Shown here: in pieces, positions 36,598 to 46,663 of the stretch
Layout: each line of letters starts with the position of its first letter
Numbering within the stretch: the stretch's first letter is position 1
Virus record (IMG/VR): IMGVR_UViG_3300032235_000437
Coordinates: 1-64,000 of that record
Strand: one strand, 5' to 3'
Origin: a virus
Length of the DNA: 64,000 bases
Position numbers and translations under genes: made by a program
Notes under the pieces: generated by a model
The model's database searches: none
What the model saw: only the letters and a program-made list of their open reading frames with translations
Told to the model about the DNA's origin: nothing

Positions 36598-37560
36598 ATG
36601 ATTAGAATTTTAAGTTCAGCTGACTGGCATGTTAATTTACACCGAAAAAAGATACCAGCTCATTGGCAGATGAGACGTTTTCAGATGCTTTTTGAGCGAC
36701 TGCTAGAGTTGGAAGATCGGTGTGATGTACATGTTATTGCAGGCGACCTATTCGATAAAGAACCAGATCCAGATGAGATCTGCTTAGTTCTTTCATATTT
36801 AAACTCTGTGCAAAAGCCAACACTAGTTATTCCAGGAAACCATGAAGCTACTTCAAAAGGCCGTACATTCTGGGAACACTTTAAGTTGGAGAATACAATT
36901 AAAAATCCACTAGTACACATCTTTACAGAAAATTCTCGATTTGAAGTGTTAGGACAAGGATTTTGTTTATTTCCATATGGCTCTGTACAGACTAATAATC
37001 TTCCGCACTATGTAGAAGATGATATACTTGTAACTCATATTCGTGGTGAAGTGCCTCCGCATATTACTGCTGAGTATGATTTTGAAAAGCTGCGTCCTTG
37101 GAAACTTGTGTTGTTAGGTGATCTACACTTTAGACATAAGTACAAAGACTATCCAGTTTACTACCCTGGTTCGCCGCTTAACACAACTTTTGATCGCGAT
37201 GATAAGCGTGAATATGGAGTTGATATTATTACGATGCGCAGCATTGACGACTATGCTGTTAACTTTGTTGATTTGAAGCTACCAAAGCTAATTCGTCGCA
37301 CAGTATCAGTCAATCAGCAGATGGTTCAAGACATCTACCATCACGTTATCTATGAAGTAACCGGATCAATTGATGAACTAGCACTAGTTAAAAAGACTGA
37401 TATGCTAGATAAAAAGATGGTAGAAAAGCCTACAACAGATGCTACTCTTGATTTAAAAGACAAGAGTTTGTATGAAGAACTTGAAATATATCTACAGTAT
37501 ATTAAGGTTTCTGACGCAGAATCAGTGTTAACCGCGTTTAAACAGTTAGGAATACAATGA
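36598..37560 (+). CDS. SbcD/Mre11-like nuclease (T5 D12)
   Basis: ADWH, AGDLFD, PGNHE, GDLH and YPGSP motifs. Confidence 0.92.
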   Translation: MIRILSSADWHVNLHRKKIPAHWQMRRFQMLFERLLELEDRCDVHVIAGDLFDKEPDPDEICLVLSYLNSVQKPTLVIPGNHEATSKGRTFWEHFKLENTIKNPLVHIFTENSRFEVLGQGFCLFPYGSVQTNNLPHYVEDDILVTHIRGEVPPHITAEYDFEKLRPWKLVLLGDLHFRHKYKDYPVYYPGSPLNTTFDRDDKREYGVDIITMRSIDDYAVNFVDLKLPKLIRRTVSVNQQMVQDIYHHVIYEVTGSIDELALVKKTDMLDKKMVEKPTTDATLDLKDKSLYEELEIYLQYIKVSDAESVLTAFKQLGIQ

Positions 37561-39386
37561 CAGAAATAGTATTAAAGCAACTTAGCTTTTCAAACATGTT
37601 TTCTTATGGAAGCGATAATAGTATTGATCTAAATCGTAACCGCATTACACAACTAACTGCTGTTAACGGATCTGGTAAGTCGTCTATTGCACTAATCCTA
37701 CAAGAACTGCTGTATAGCAAGAATGTTAAAGGCATTAAAAAAGGCGACATTATAAATCGCTATATCAAAGACAAAAACTGGAATGGCGCAATAAGCTTTA
37801 CAGTAGATGATGTAGACTATGATCTATCAGTTAAACGATCTGGAGCGTCAACAAAGGTAGAACTGCGTCAAAACGGCGTTGATATTTCAGAACACAAAGT
37901 AGTTGATACATATAAAAAGATACAAGAAATTCTTGGTCTAGATTTTGAAATATTTTCACAGATCACGTATCAATCATCTGTTGATTTGCTAGATTTTCTA
38001 AAAGCTACAGATACAAACCGTAAAAAGTTCTTAATCAATCTGTTCAATTTAGAAAAATACATTACAATTGGTGAGCGCATTAAAGCACGCAGCAGTGAAA
38101 CTGAAAAAGAACAGATTAAACTGCAAGGCGAGCTAAAGTCCATTGAAGACTTTTTAAATAATACTAGTATTCCCGAACTTATGCACTTTAAAGCTGAGAT
38201 TCAAGTAGATACTAGCACAGATGTTCGTGTAGCCGAGATTGATAACGAGCTACTAAACATTAATGCTACTTGTAAGCGTATTGACAAGAACAATATGTAC
38301 ATTAGTGAGCGTGATTCTCTTACTTTTGATCTATCAATGCGCTATCCAGAGCCGTTTGCCTATGCAAATGAGTATCAAGCTCTAAAATTTGATCTTACTA
38401 GCCTTAATAACGACATTCAGCGTATGCAAAAAGAGTGTGATGGCGTAAAGATCAACGATTCTTGCCCTGCTTGCGGACAAACAATCGATAATTCTCATTT
38501 AGTACGCATTCAACGAGAACTTCAAGACAAAATACAGACAGCTAAGCAAGCTTACACCGAAGGACTTGCAAAAGCTAAGCGTTGGAGTGAAGAATTAACC
38601 GAAGCTAACACAGCACATAAGGCTTTTAGCATCAATAAAACAGCTATTCAGCGTTTTGAAGAGTTAAGTCAGCTAATTGACAACGATTTACCTCGTAAAT
38701 ACCCTGATCATGCAGCTTTAACGCGTGAACGCAGCCAACTACAGCAGCAAATAGACGAGCGTAACAGGCTTGTTAGAGAAGTAACAGACCATAATAAGCG
38801 TGTAAGTGCTCATAATGCTAAAGTAGAGGCACTTAAAGAGCAAAAATCAGATTTTATAATTAGACAAGACAGATTAAAAACAGATATACTTAATAAGTCG
38901 TCAGAAGCAAATGCGTTAAATGTCTTGAAAAAAGCCTTTAGCACTTCTGGAATTGTAGCTTTTAAGTTAGAGAGCCTAACTAAAGAGCTAGAAACGACAA
39001 TTAATTATTATCTATCTGTACTAAGCGATGGTCAATTTCAAGTAGAGTTCTCACTAGACAAAGAGAAGCTTAATATCAATGTTATTAACAATGGTATAAG
39101 CGCTCCTATTGAAACAATGTCTGGTGGCGAATTTAGCAGAATTCAAACTTCAATACTATTAGCAATTCGTAGTCTGCTCTCCAAATTAGGCGGAAGCAGT
39201 ATAAACTTGTTGTTTCTAGATGAAATTACCGGAGTTCTGGATGATGAAGGAAAAGAAAAGCTTGTGGAGGTTCTTCAGCGTGAAGATAATCTAAATGTGT
39301 TTCTAATCTCTCATGATTTCACACACCCACTAATAGACAAAGTATCTATACAAAAAATTGATAATATTAGCTCTATACAAGGCTGA
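37557..39386 (+). CDS. SbcC/Rad50-like ATPase (T5 D13)
   Basis: NGSGKS, CPACG zinc hook, MSGGE, LFLDE and ISH motifs. Confidence 0.93.
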   Translation: MTEIVLKQLSFSNMFSYGSDNSIDLNRNRITQLTAVNGSGKSSIALILQELLYSKNVKGIKKGDIINRYIKDKNWNGAISFTVDDVDYDLSVKRSGASTKVELRQNGVDISEHKVVDTYKKIQEILGLDFEIFSQITYQSSVDLLDFLKATDTNRKKFLINLFNLEKYITIGERIKARSSETEKEQIKLQGELKSIEDFLNNTSIPELMHFKAEIQVDTSTDVRVAEIDNELLNINATCKRIDKNNMYISERDSLTFDLSMRYPEPFAYANEYQALKFDLTSLNNDIQRMQKECDGVKINDSCPACGQTIDNSHLVRIQRELQDKIQTAKQAYTEGLAKAKRWSEELTEANTAHKAFSINKTAIQRFEELSQLIDNDLPRKYPDHAALTRERSQLQQQIDERNRLVREVTDHNKRVSAHNAKVEALKEQKSDFIIRQDRLKTDILNKSSEANALNVLKKAFSTSGIVAFKLESLTKELETTINYYLSVLSDGQFQVEFSLDKEKLNINVINNGISAPIETMSGGEFSRIQTSILLAIRSLLSKLGGSSINLLFLDEITGVLDDEGKEKLVEVLQREDNLNVFLISHDFTHPLIDKVSIQKIDNISSIQG

Positions 39387-39425
39387 GGCACTAGGTAGAG
39401 ATTTTTATGCGTAAGGAGAAACAAA

Positions 39426-41549
39426 ATGCTAACAATTGGTAAACATCCAATTCTATTTCAATTCAAAAAAGACTTTAAAGAACGTCTACTAAATACCCCA
39501 GTAAATTGGGGATATGGCGGTTTATCCGCTTTCACATATTACCGCACTTATTCACGTAAGAAGCCAAACGGTAAACTAGAAACTTGGCAAGAGTGTGTTG
39601 TACGAGTTATTGAGGGCATGTTCTCAATTCTTAAAACACATGCTATTACATCAGAGCATACTTGGAATGAAAAGCGTGCTCATAAGCTAGCTGAAGAAGC
39701 TGCAGAACGTCTACTAGCATTCAAATGGACACCACCAGGTCGCGGACTATGGATGATGGGCACACCATTCGTATACGAAAAAGGCGGAGCCTGTCTAAAT
39801 AACTGCGGTTTCGTATCTACAGAAAACATTGATGCAGAAATGTCAAAGCCTTTTGCGTTTCTAATGGATATGAGCATGGTTGGTGTTGGTATCGGATTTG
39901 ATACTAAAGGAGCTGGTAAAGTAGCTGCATACGTGCCAGAAGGTGATCCAGAAGTAATCACAGTAGAAGACAGTCGTGAAGGCTGGGTTGAGTTAATTTC
40001 TTGTTTAATTGATTCTTATCTAGAAGAAGGTTCTACACCAGTCGAACCAGACACAAGCCTAGTACGTGCTTATGGAGAGCCTATTCACGGGTTTGGTGGC
40101 GTAGCTTCTGGCCCAGAACCATTAGTACAAGGCTTCTACGGTATTAAAGATATTCTAGAAAAGCGTGCGCTAAGCGAAAATCCACTACTAACTTCTGTAG
40201 ACATTACTGATATTATGAATATTATCGGTAAGATTGTAGTTGCTGGTAACGTTCGCCGTACAGCAGAAATTGCTTTCGGCGAGCCAGAAGACGAAGAATT
40301 TGCTAATATGAAGAACTGGGAACAGTTCGGAGTAGAAACAGGTTCGCTAGCACCACACGAACTAGAGCTAGTTAACACAGATGACTATAATGAGTACAAT
40401 AACAACTGGGATTCACGAGCCGCTATTGCTCGCAAGTATACTACAGAAGATTGGGCTTATAAGTTTGGCGGATGGCGCTGGGCTTCTAACAACTCTATAT
40501 TTGCTCGTGTAGGTATGGATTACACAGAAGTAGCTAAGAAAGTTGCTTCTAATGGTGAGCCTGGATTTGCTTGGTTAGAAACTATGCAAGCTTATGGTCG
40601 TATGAAAGACCCAGCTGATCACAAAGATCACCGCGTTCGTGGTGGAAATCCTTGCTTAGAGCAATCACTAGAGCCATATGAACTATGCTGCCTAGTTGAA
40701 TCTTTCCCCGCAAAGCATGACGACTACTGGGATTATCAGCGCACACTAAAATTTGCTTATCTATATGCAAAAACTGTTACCCTAGTACCAACTCACTGGA
40801 AAGAAACTAATGACGTTATTAAGCGTAACCGTCGTATTGGTACTTCTCAGAGCGGCATTCAAGAAGCTATGCTTAAGTTTGGTCGTAAAAAGTATCTAGA
40901 ACAGTTCTGTGATCAAGCATATAACTATGTTAACTACCTAGATAAGAAGTATAGTGAATGGTTAGGTGTACCACTGTCTATCAAGAAGACAAGCGTTAAG
41001 CCTAGCGGTACTGTATCACTAGTAGCAGGTGCGCTTCCGGGTATTCACTATGCTAAGGCTGAAAGCTACTATCGTTTAATTCGTGTAGCAAATACTTCTA
41101 ATCTACTACCTATTCTACGTGCTGCTAACTATCGTATTGAAGACTCTATTACAGACCCTCTCAAGACTAGTGTAGTTTATTTCCCAGTCACACACGCAGA
41201 AGGTACTATTAGTGACAAAGATGTATCTATCTGGGAACAATTTGCTAATGCTGTAGACCTACAACATTACTGGGCAGATAACCAAGTATCTATCACTATC
41301 TCATTCCAACCACATGAGAAAGATCAGATTGCTCGTGCTCTTAGCTGTTTTGACAATAAGTTAAAAGGTGTAAGCTTGCTTCCTCTATCTGATCATGGCT
41401 ATGCTCAAGCACCATATACTCAGGCTCCTAGAGAAGAAGTATTAGCTTATGCAGAGCAGCTACTACCGCTTGACTTTAGTAGCTTAACTCATGAAGGCGA
41501 AAATGCAGACGCTAATAAATTCTGTGATGGTGATGCTTGCTTGATCTAA
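39426..41549 (+). CDS. nrdJ: Class II (adenosylcobalamin-dependent) ribonucleotide reductase, monomeric type
   Basis: PPGRGLW, LNNC, GNVRRTAEI, NPCLEQ...CCL, KPSGT and C-terminal CDGDAC. Confidence 0.93.
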   Translation: MLTIGKHPILFQFKKDFKERLLNTPVNWGYGGLSAFTYYRTYSRKKPNGKLETWQECVVRVIEGMFSILKTHAITSEHTWNEKRAHKLAEEAAERLLAFKWTPPGRGLWMMGTPFVYEKGGACLNNCGFVSTENIDAEMSKPFAFLMDMSMVGVGIGFDTKGAGKVAAYVPEGDPEVITVEDSREGWVELISCLIDSYLEEGSTPVEPDTSLVRAYGEPIHGFGGVASGPEPLVQGFYGIKDILEKRALSENPLLTSVDITDIMNIIGKIVVAGNVRRTAEIAFGEPEDEEFANMKNWEQFGVETGSLAPHELELVNTDDYNEYNNNWDSRAAIARKYTTEDWAYKFGGWRWASNNSIFARVGMDYTEVAKKVASNGEPGFAWLETMQAYGRMKDPADHKDHRVRGGNPCLEQSLEPYELCCLVESFPAKHDDYWDYQRTLKFAYLYAKTVTLVPTHWKETNDVIKRNRRIGTSQSGIQEAMLKFGRKKYLEQFCDQAYNYVNYLDKKYSEWLGVPLSIKKTSVKPSGTVSLVAGALPGIHYAKAESYYRLIRVANTSNLLPILRAANYRIEDSITDPLKTSVVYFPVTHAEGTISDKDVSIWEQFANAVDLQHYWADNQVSITISFQPHEKDQIARALSCFDNKLKGVSLLPLSDHGYAQAPYTQAPREEVLAYAEQLLPLDFSSLTHEGENADANKFCDGDACLI

Positions 41550-42109
41550 GCAGCCCATGTATTAAACTGTGCAGGCTCCATAATGGAGTCTGCATAGGCT
41601 GTAGACGAACTCAAGATGAAATCAGAGAGTGGTACTATGGCGACAGTAATATTAGACAAAGAATACTAGATAGGATAAATATGAAAGTTAAATTTGTAAA
41701 AGATCACGAAAACGCGCAGCTACCAACATATGGTACAGCAGGTGCTGCTGGAGCAGATATATACAGCGTACATGAGTATGCTATTGCGCCAGGGGGTCAC
41801 GCATTAGTAGATACAGGATTAAAATGCAATATTCCTGAAGGTTTTGAACTGCAAGTACGACCACGTTCAGGATTGGCATTAAAGAATAAAATCACAGTAC
41901 TTAATAGTCCAGGTACTATTGATAGTGATTATACTGGTAAACTAGGAGTGATTTTAATGAACCACTCAGATACGATTTTTACTGTAAAGCCTGGCGACAG
42001 AATTGCACAAATAGTAGTAGCTCCTGTTGTACAAGCTAAGTTTGAATGGGCAGAAGAGACAAAAGACACAGAACGAGGTTCTGGCGGTTTCGGTTCTACA
42101 GGAGTTTGA
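41537..42109 (+). CDS. dut: dUTPase, in frame with an N-terminal DUF1289-like Cys-rich domain (internal start at 41681)
   Basis: AGAD, RPRSG, GTIDSDYTG, RIAQ and RGSGGFGSTG; upstream SPCIKLC...CIGCRRT..EI..W with no intervening stop. Confidence 0.9.
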   Translation: MLDLSSPCIKLCRLHNGVCIGCRRTQDEIREWYYGDSNIRQRILDRINMKVKFVKDHENAQLPTYGTAGAAGADIYSVHEYAIAPGGHALVDTGLKCNIPEGFELQVRPRSGLALKNKITVLNSPGTIDSDYTGKLGVILMNHSDTIFTVKPGDRIAQIVVAPVVQAKFEWAEETKDTERGSGGFGSTGV

Positions 42110-42110
42110 T

Positions 42111-42338
42111 ATGAAAGCTATTGTATGGTCAACCGCTACTTGCAGCTTTTGTAAACAAGCAAAAACACTACTAGATAAACATAATATTCCTTATGAAGAA
42201 CGCATGATTGGCTCTGAATGGACCAAAGAGCAACTTCTAGAAGAAGTACCCCACGCACGTACAGTTCCTCAAATTTTTATTGATGAAATTTACGTGGGAG
42301 GTTATACTGAATTAGTGAGTCACTTAAGCGGCTCATAA
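42111..42338 (+). CDS. Glutaredoxin
   Basis: CSFC, RTVPQIF and VGGY; start corrected to ATG 42111 (RBS AGGAG). Confidence 0.9.
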   Translation: MKAIVWSTATCSFCKQAKTLLDKHNIPYEERMIGSEWTKEQLLEEVPHARTVPQIFIDEIYVGGYTELVSHLSGS

Positions 42339-42350
42339 AAAGGAATATTA

Positions 42351-43076
42351 ATGACTAGAAATACAGCTAAACAAAAATCACGCGTAGTCACAGAGCAAGG
42401 TGCTCGTAAGATAAGAATTGATGACTTAGCTAGCTTAACTCCTCTAACAGAGAAGCAGGCTGAGACAGTAGTTGCTTATAATAAAGATAAGAATCTCTTA
42501 TTACACGGTATTGCTGGAACAGGTAAGACATTCTTGGCTACTAGCTTAGCACTAGAAGAAGTGTTAGATCCGTCTAATGATTATAAAGCTTTATATTTTG
42601 TACGGTCTATCGTACCTACAAGAGATATTGGCTTTTTAAAAGGCGACGATAAAGAAAAGATAGCTGTATATGAGGCTCCCTACAAAGCTATTTGTGGGGA
42701 GCTTTTTAATAAAACAGATTCCTATGATACTCTAAAGAATCAAGGAGCAGTTAGTTTTATAAGTACATCTTTTATTAGAGGCTTGACACTTAATGACTGT
42801 ATTATAATTGTAGACGAATTTGAGAACTTATCTTTTCACGAGTTAGATAGTATTATTACAAGAATGGGTAATAACAGTAAGATTATTTTCTGTGGAGATT
42901 ACACACAAAGTGATTTAACTAAGACTAATGAGAAGAATGGTTGTCTAGACTTCATGAAAATCTTAAAAAGCATGAATGACTTTACTTTTATTGAGTTTGG
43001 TATTGAGGATATTGTCCGAGGAAAGACTGTTAAAAATTATATTATTAACAAGTATAAGTTAGGACTACACATATAA
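42351..43076 (+). CDS. phoH: PhoH-like ATPase
   Basis: GIAGTGKT, IGFLKG, FIRGLT, DE.EN, TRMG and GD..QSDL motifs. Confidence 0.92.
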   Translation: MTRNTAKQKSRVVTEQGARKIRIDDLASLTPLTEKQAETVVAYNKDKNLLLHGIAGTGKTFLATSLALEEVLDPSNDYKALYFVRSIVPTRDIGFLKGDDKEKIAVYEAPYKAICGELFNKTDSYDTLKNQGAVSFISTSFIRGLTLNDCIIIVDEFENLSFHELDSIITRMGNNSKIIFCGDYTQSDLTKTNEKNGCLDFMKILKSMNDFTFIEFGIEDIVRGKTVKNYIINKYKLGLHI

Positions 43077-43531
43077 TGGTAAATAGAAGTAAAATTAAAG
43101 GGTCAGCCTATGAAGCAAAGATAAAAGACATACTCAATGCTACTTTCCCTAATATTCAGTTTGAGCGTGTGCCTCTAAGCGGCGCGATTGAATATTTAAA
43201 AGGCGACATATGGACACCTCACGATACGGCAGCTTGGCCGTGGTGTATAGAAGCAAAACACTATGCAGAGCTTGAGTGGAACAATCTACTAACATCGAAA
43301 ACTACTGATATACTAAATTTCTGGAAGCAAACGCTAAGAGAAGCAGAAGTAATGAAGAAGAAGCCGTTACTTATATTTCGCTGGAACCGCTCAAAAGATT
43401 TTGTAGCTTTTAGTGACGATATAGTAATAGAATCTTTTATAGAAGTAAAATCGTTTGGATATAGCTTTAAGATAGCTTTGCTAGACGATTGGCTAAAAGC
43501 CGTGAAAAGTCAAACTAGTCTTGCTAAGTAG
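43076..43531 (+). CDS. Holliday junction resolvase-like endonuclease (T5 D14)
   Basis: KGSAYE, RVPLSGA, KGDI and IEAK motifs. Confidence 0.85.
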   Translation: MVNRSKIKGSAYEAKIKDILNATFPNIQFERVPLSGAIEYLKGDIWTPHDTAAWPWCIEAKHYAELEWNNLLTSKTTDILNFWKQTLREAEVMKKKPLLIFRWNRSKDFVAFSDDIVIESFIEVKSFGYSFKIALLDDWLKAVKSQTSLAK

Positions 43532-43549
43532 TTATATTATTGTTATTAT
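43521..43549 (+). promoter_or_regulatory. sigma70 promoter
   Basis: TTGCTA-17-TATTAT with TG extension. Confidence 0.7.
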
Positions 43550-43575
43550 GAATAATGTAATAAGGAATATAACAA

Positions 43576-44418
43576 ATGACAAAATCATGGAATGATTTAG
43601 AAGACGTAAAGTCTTTCGACTATGAAGAATTTAATAATCTACTAATCCTAGACGCTAACAACGTATCTTATCGCTTTCTACAGCGTAATAACTACAACTC
43701 GTATACAGAAGAGTTTAGGCGTACAGTACAATCACTAGCTAAGTCATACAAAGCAAAGCGTACTATTGTGTGTTTTGACTTCGGTAAGTCTTACTATCGT
43801 ATGAACTTGCTTGGTGATTATAAAGGTACTCGTAAAAAGCCGGAAGAACCAGAAGAAATCAAACGCTATGAAGAGTTCTTTGATGTGCTTAATAAGCTAC
43901 CAGAAGAACTAGATGAAGAAGTATTAAAGTTTCGTGGTATTGAAGCAGACGATTTACTTACTTATCTAACTCAACAAGTATCTCCTCGTTATGAGCATAC
44001 TTGGATTGTTTCTTCCGACAAAGACTTAATTCAACTACTAGATACTAACATCTCTATTTTTAATATCTTTTCTCGTAAAGAAGTAACTATTAATACGCTA
44101 CAAGAAGATACAAGTCTAACTCCTAGCGAGTTTATGATGTCACGTATTATTGAAGGCGATAAAAGCGACAATATTATTGGCATTGAAGGTATCGGTCCTA
44201 AGCGCGCGCAAGCATTGGCTAAAGAATACAAAACTCTAGACAATTTGCTAAAAGCGCTACCAATCAAAGGTAAGTCTCAGTATATCTCTAATCTAAATGC
44301 TGGACGTGAAAGACTAATTCTAAACGAAAAACTAATTAACCTAAAACGTTACTATCAAGATGCTATTTCTGCTGGTAAAGAAGGCGATAACCCGCTCGAC
44401 ATACTTAGCGAACTATAA
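43576..44418 (+). CDS. 5'-3' exonuclease/flap endonuclease (T5 D15-like)
   Basis: YKGTR, EADD, SSDKD and GDKSDNIIGIEGIGPKRA motifs. Confidence 0.93.
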   Translation: MTKSWNDLEDVKSFDYEEFNNLLILDANNVSYRFLQRNNYNSYTEEFRRTVQSLAKSYKAKRTIVCFDFGKSYYRMNLLGDYKGTRKKPEEPEEIKRYEEFFDVLNKLPEELDEEVLKFRGIEADDLLTYLTQQVSPRYEHTWIVSSDKDLIQLLDTNISIFNIFSRKEVTINTLQEDTSLTPSEFMMSRIIEGDKSDNIIGIEGIGPKRAQALAKEYKTLDNLLKALPIKGKSQYISNLNAGRERLILNEKLINLKRYYQDAISAGKEGDNPLDILSEL

Positions 44419-44419
44419 G

Positions 44420-44451
44420 AAAAAGGCGTCAGTAGTTCTGACGCCTTTTTT
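44420..44451. terminator. Bidirectional terminator
   Basis: AAAAAGGCGTCAG-tagtt-CTGACGCCTTTTTT. Confidence 0.85.
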
Positions 44452-44610
44452 ATAAAAATAATTTTAAATAGTGTTTCTATGTAGCTTCAACATTCTAAGT
44501 TGTAAAACTATATATAAATCAATATCGTCCAGTACTTAAATTATGCTGTGCTTGGATACGTAAACGCTTTCCAGAATCTATTTTTTGGAAAATTTTTTAA
44601 GAAAGAAACT

Positions 44611-45288
44611 ATGACAAAAACATATAACGAAATTATGAACGTACGGCTTATTGGCTATACTCAGCCTGTAGAAGACCTAGAAGAAGATATTAATGATGTA
44701 CAAGAATTAATTGCCTTCTGCGCTAAAGTATCTAATCCACAACTACAAGATGATTTTTCTCGTTCAGAGCGACTATTAAACTATCTTATTAAGCATAAGC
44801 ACTGGAGTCCTTTTGAAATGGCAAGTGCTACTATGGAAGTTAGCACAACTCGTGATATTGCTCGTCAATTCTTACGTCACCGTAGCTTTAGCTTTCAAGA
44901 GTTTTCTCAGCGCTATGCTAACCCAGCAGAAATGGGTGACATGTTTGTGCTACGTGAAGCACGGCTACAAGATTTAAAAAATCGGCAAAATTCTATTGAA
45001 ATTCATGATGAAGCTCTACAAGCTGCGTGGAATGCTAAGCAGCTTAAAGCAATTGAAGCAGCGCGTAAAGCATATAACTGGGCTATCAAAAAAGGTATCG
45101 CAAAAGAACAGGCTCGCGTAGTCCTACCAGAAGGTAATACGATATCTAAACTATATGTACAAGGAACTATTCGTTCTTGGATTCATTACATCGAACTTCG
45201 TTCGGCAAATGGAACCCAACGAGAGCATATGGCTCTAGCTGTAGCTTGTGCAGAAGCGATCACAAAAATATTCCCTATGATTACATAA
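44611..45288 (+). CDS. thyX: Flavin-dependent thymidylate synthase
   Basis: HWSPFE, RHRSFSFQEFSQRY, EQARVVLP and QREH motifs; start likely 44611 or 44635. Confidence 0.93.
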   Translation: MTKTYNEIMNVRLIGYTQPVEDLEEDINDVQELIAFCAKVSNPQLQDDFSRSERLLNYLIKHKHWSPFEMASATMEVSTTRDIARQFLRHRSFSFQEFSQRYANPAEMGDMFVLREARLQDLKNRQNSIEIHDEALQAAWNAKQLKAIEAARKAYNWAIKKGIAKEQARVVLPEGNTISKLYVQGTIRSWIHYIELRSANGTQREHMALAVACAEAITKIFPMIT

Positions 45289-45289
45289 C

Positions 45290-45316
45290 AAAAAAGGGAG
45301 CCTAAGCTCCCTTTTT
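45290..45316. terminator. Bidirectional terminator at the convergence of replication and late regions
   Basis: AAAAAAGGGAGC-ctaa-GCTCCCTTTTT. Confidence 0.85.
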
Positions 45317-45403
45317 CTTCTTTGGTTTTTTGACAGAAGGCGGTTTTTTAGCCGCCTTCTTTTTTATCTTCATGCTCTGAGTAAAAGGCTCAGCAGCTAT
45401 CAT
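45302..45403 (-). CDS. 33-aa histone-H1-tail-like microprotein (not in ORF track)
   Basis: MIAAEPFTQSMKIKKKAAKKPPSVKKPKKKKGA*; ATGA overlap with the upstream gene. Confidence 0.55.
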   Translation of the reverse strand: MIAAEPFTQSMKIKKKAAKKPPSVKKPKKKKGA

Positions 45404-45597
45404 GGTTTTTCAGTACGAACACGCTGTAAAAGAGGGTTTTTCACTTCTTTTACGACTAGCTTATCACCTTCACGGTAGTATGTTTTAGTAGCAGCATCGA
45501 CTTTTGGGTCATATGCTTCACGCATACCGTAACGGTTGTCACCAATCTTTATTGTTGTACCGTTGCGGGTATCAGCACCAGAAAGTGACTTTGCCAT
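45400..45597 (-). CDS. Hypothetical small protein
   Basis: Directly coupled to the upstream ORF. Confidence 0.65.
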   Translation of the reverse strand: MAKSLSGADTRNGTTIKIGDNRYGMREAYDPKVDAATKTYYREGDKLVVKEVKNPLLQRVRTEKP

Positions 45598-45598
45598 C

Positions 45599-45934
45599 TT
45601 ACTTCATGTCCTTAATAACACGTCCGCCCATACCACGAGTTACGTCTTCGCTTGCAACAGATACTGCTCCGTTTGTAGCACCGCGATTACCCGCTTTAGT
45701 AAATGAACGGCTATGACTTACGTCACCCATCATTACTGCCCCTTGGTTAATATAGCCGTCAGCACCTTTTAGCACTTGATTTGGGCTTGCCTTACCTGCA
45801 GGACGAGAATCTTTGGAACCTTCAAAGGATGTACGTTGTGTTCCACCCATTGGAGTAGTAGGAGCTGTTTTAGCATTTTTGACAAGTTTAAGATCTTCTG
45901 TGATCCCAGTGACTTCTTTTTTAATCATTGCCAT
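45599..45934 (-). CDS. Hypothetical low-complexity basic protein
   Basis: RBS AAGGAG. Confidence 0.65.
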   Translation of the reverse strand: MAMIKKEVTGITEDLKLVKNAKTAPTTPMGGTQRTSFEGSKDSRPAGKASPNQVLKGADGYINQGAVMMGDVSHSRSFTKAGNRGATNGAVSVASEDVTRGMGGRVIKDMK

Positions 45935-45954
45935 TTTATAAAGTCTCCTTAAAA

Positions 45955-46590
45955 TTAAGAAATTAGAGCTAGTACAGTCTCTATAGTATTGCCAGTATTT
46001 GAACCGGCAGAAGTAGAAGCACGTACAGTTACAACTGGGATACCAGCTCCACCGCCAGGTGCGAAGTAAGCGTTAGCTCCAGCATTCATAGCACTCCAGT
46101 TTACGCCTACGTTAGCATTTGCTACGATAGCTTGGTCAACTGCAGATGCGTCACAATAAGTCAGCTCAACCTGACGAGTTGTTGTTGCAAAAGCTAGAGT
46201 TGCTTGATGACGAACAGCATGTTCAGCATTAGCAAAAGTACAGTTTCTAAAATGTAGTGGTGTAGATGCCCCGCCTAGTTTAGTAACGCAGGAAGAATTA
46301 GAGATAGTTACAGCGTTAGCACCTCTAAATGTAATATTTTCAAATGAGAGAGTTCCAGTTGATGTATTAGCAACAGTCATGTCACCGTTAACAACAATCT
46401 CTGCGCGATCTCCAACTCCTACTAGGGCTACGTTATTCCACACAACGTTTGTTGGTGCTGTATACGTACCAGGAAATAAGAGAATTGTGTTATCACCCTG
46501 TGCTAGAACGTCGTTTGAAATTGCTGTTAGAGAAGGAAAGTTTGCTGAACCATCTGAACCAACTCGGTAAGTATTCTTACTAGTAGTCAT
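45955..46590 (-). CDS. Short parallel beta-helix (pectin-lyase-like) protein, probably virion-associated
   Basis: GDNTILLFPGTY, LVGVG, FENITF and FRNCTF motifs; RBS AAGGAG. Confidence 0.65.
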   Translation of the reverse strand: MTTSKNTYRVGSDGSANFPSLTAISNDVLAQGDNTILLFPGTYTAPTNVVWNNVALVGVGDRAEIVVNGDMTVANTSTGTLSFENITFRGANAVTISNSSCVTKLGGASTPLHFRNCTFANAEHAVRHQATLAFATTTRQVELTYCDASAVDQAIVANANVGVNWSAMNAGANAYFAPGGGAGIPVVTVRASTSAGSNTGNTIETVLALIS

Positions 46591-46630
46591 TAGTGTCTCC
46601 TTTTTTATTAATCAATTAATGATTTAACTT

Positions 46631-46661
46631 AGTTTGACAAAATTTAGTACGATTGTCAAAA
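46631..46661 (-). promoter_or_regulatory. Promoter-like sequence within an inverted repeat
   Basis: TTGACA-17-CAAACT on the minus strand; TTTGACAA...TTGTCAAA inverted repeat. Confidence 0.45.
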
Positions 46662-46663
46662 AA

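Noticed and set aside
29670-41549. Inteins or introns in pol, helicases or RNR
   Set aside because: Lengths and motif spacing are normal, with no intein C/S...HN ends or homing endonuclease. nrdJ shows at most a short loop insertion.
44452-44610. AT-rich gap before thyX as genome end, origin or riboswitch
   Set aside because: Only a weak hairpin and no recognisable motif; most simply a promoter or leader region. The GTG extension in the ORF track is probably spurious.
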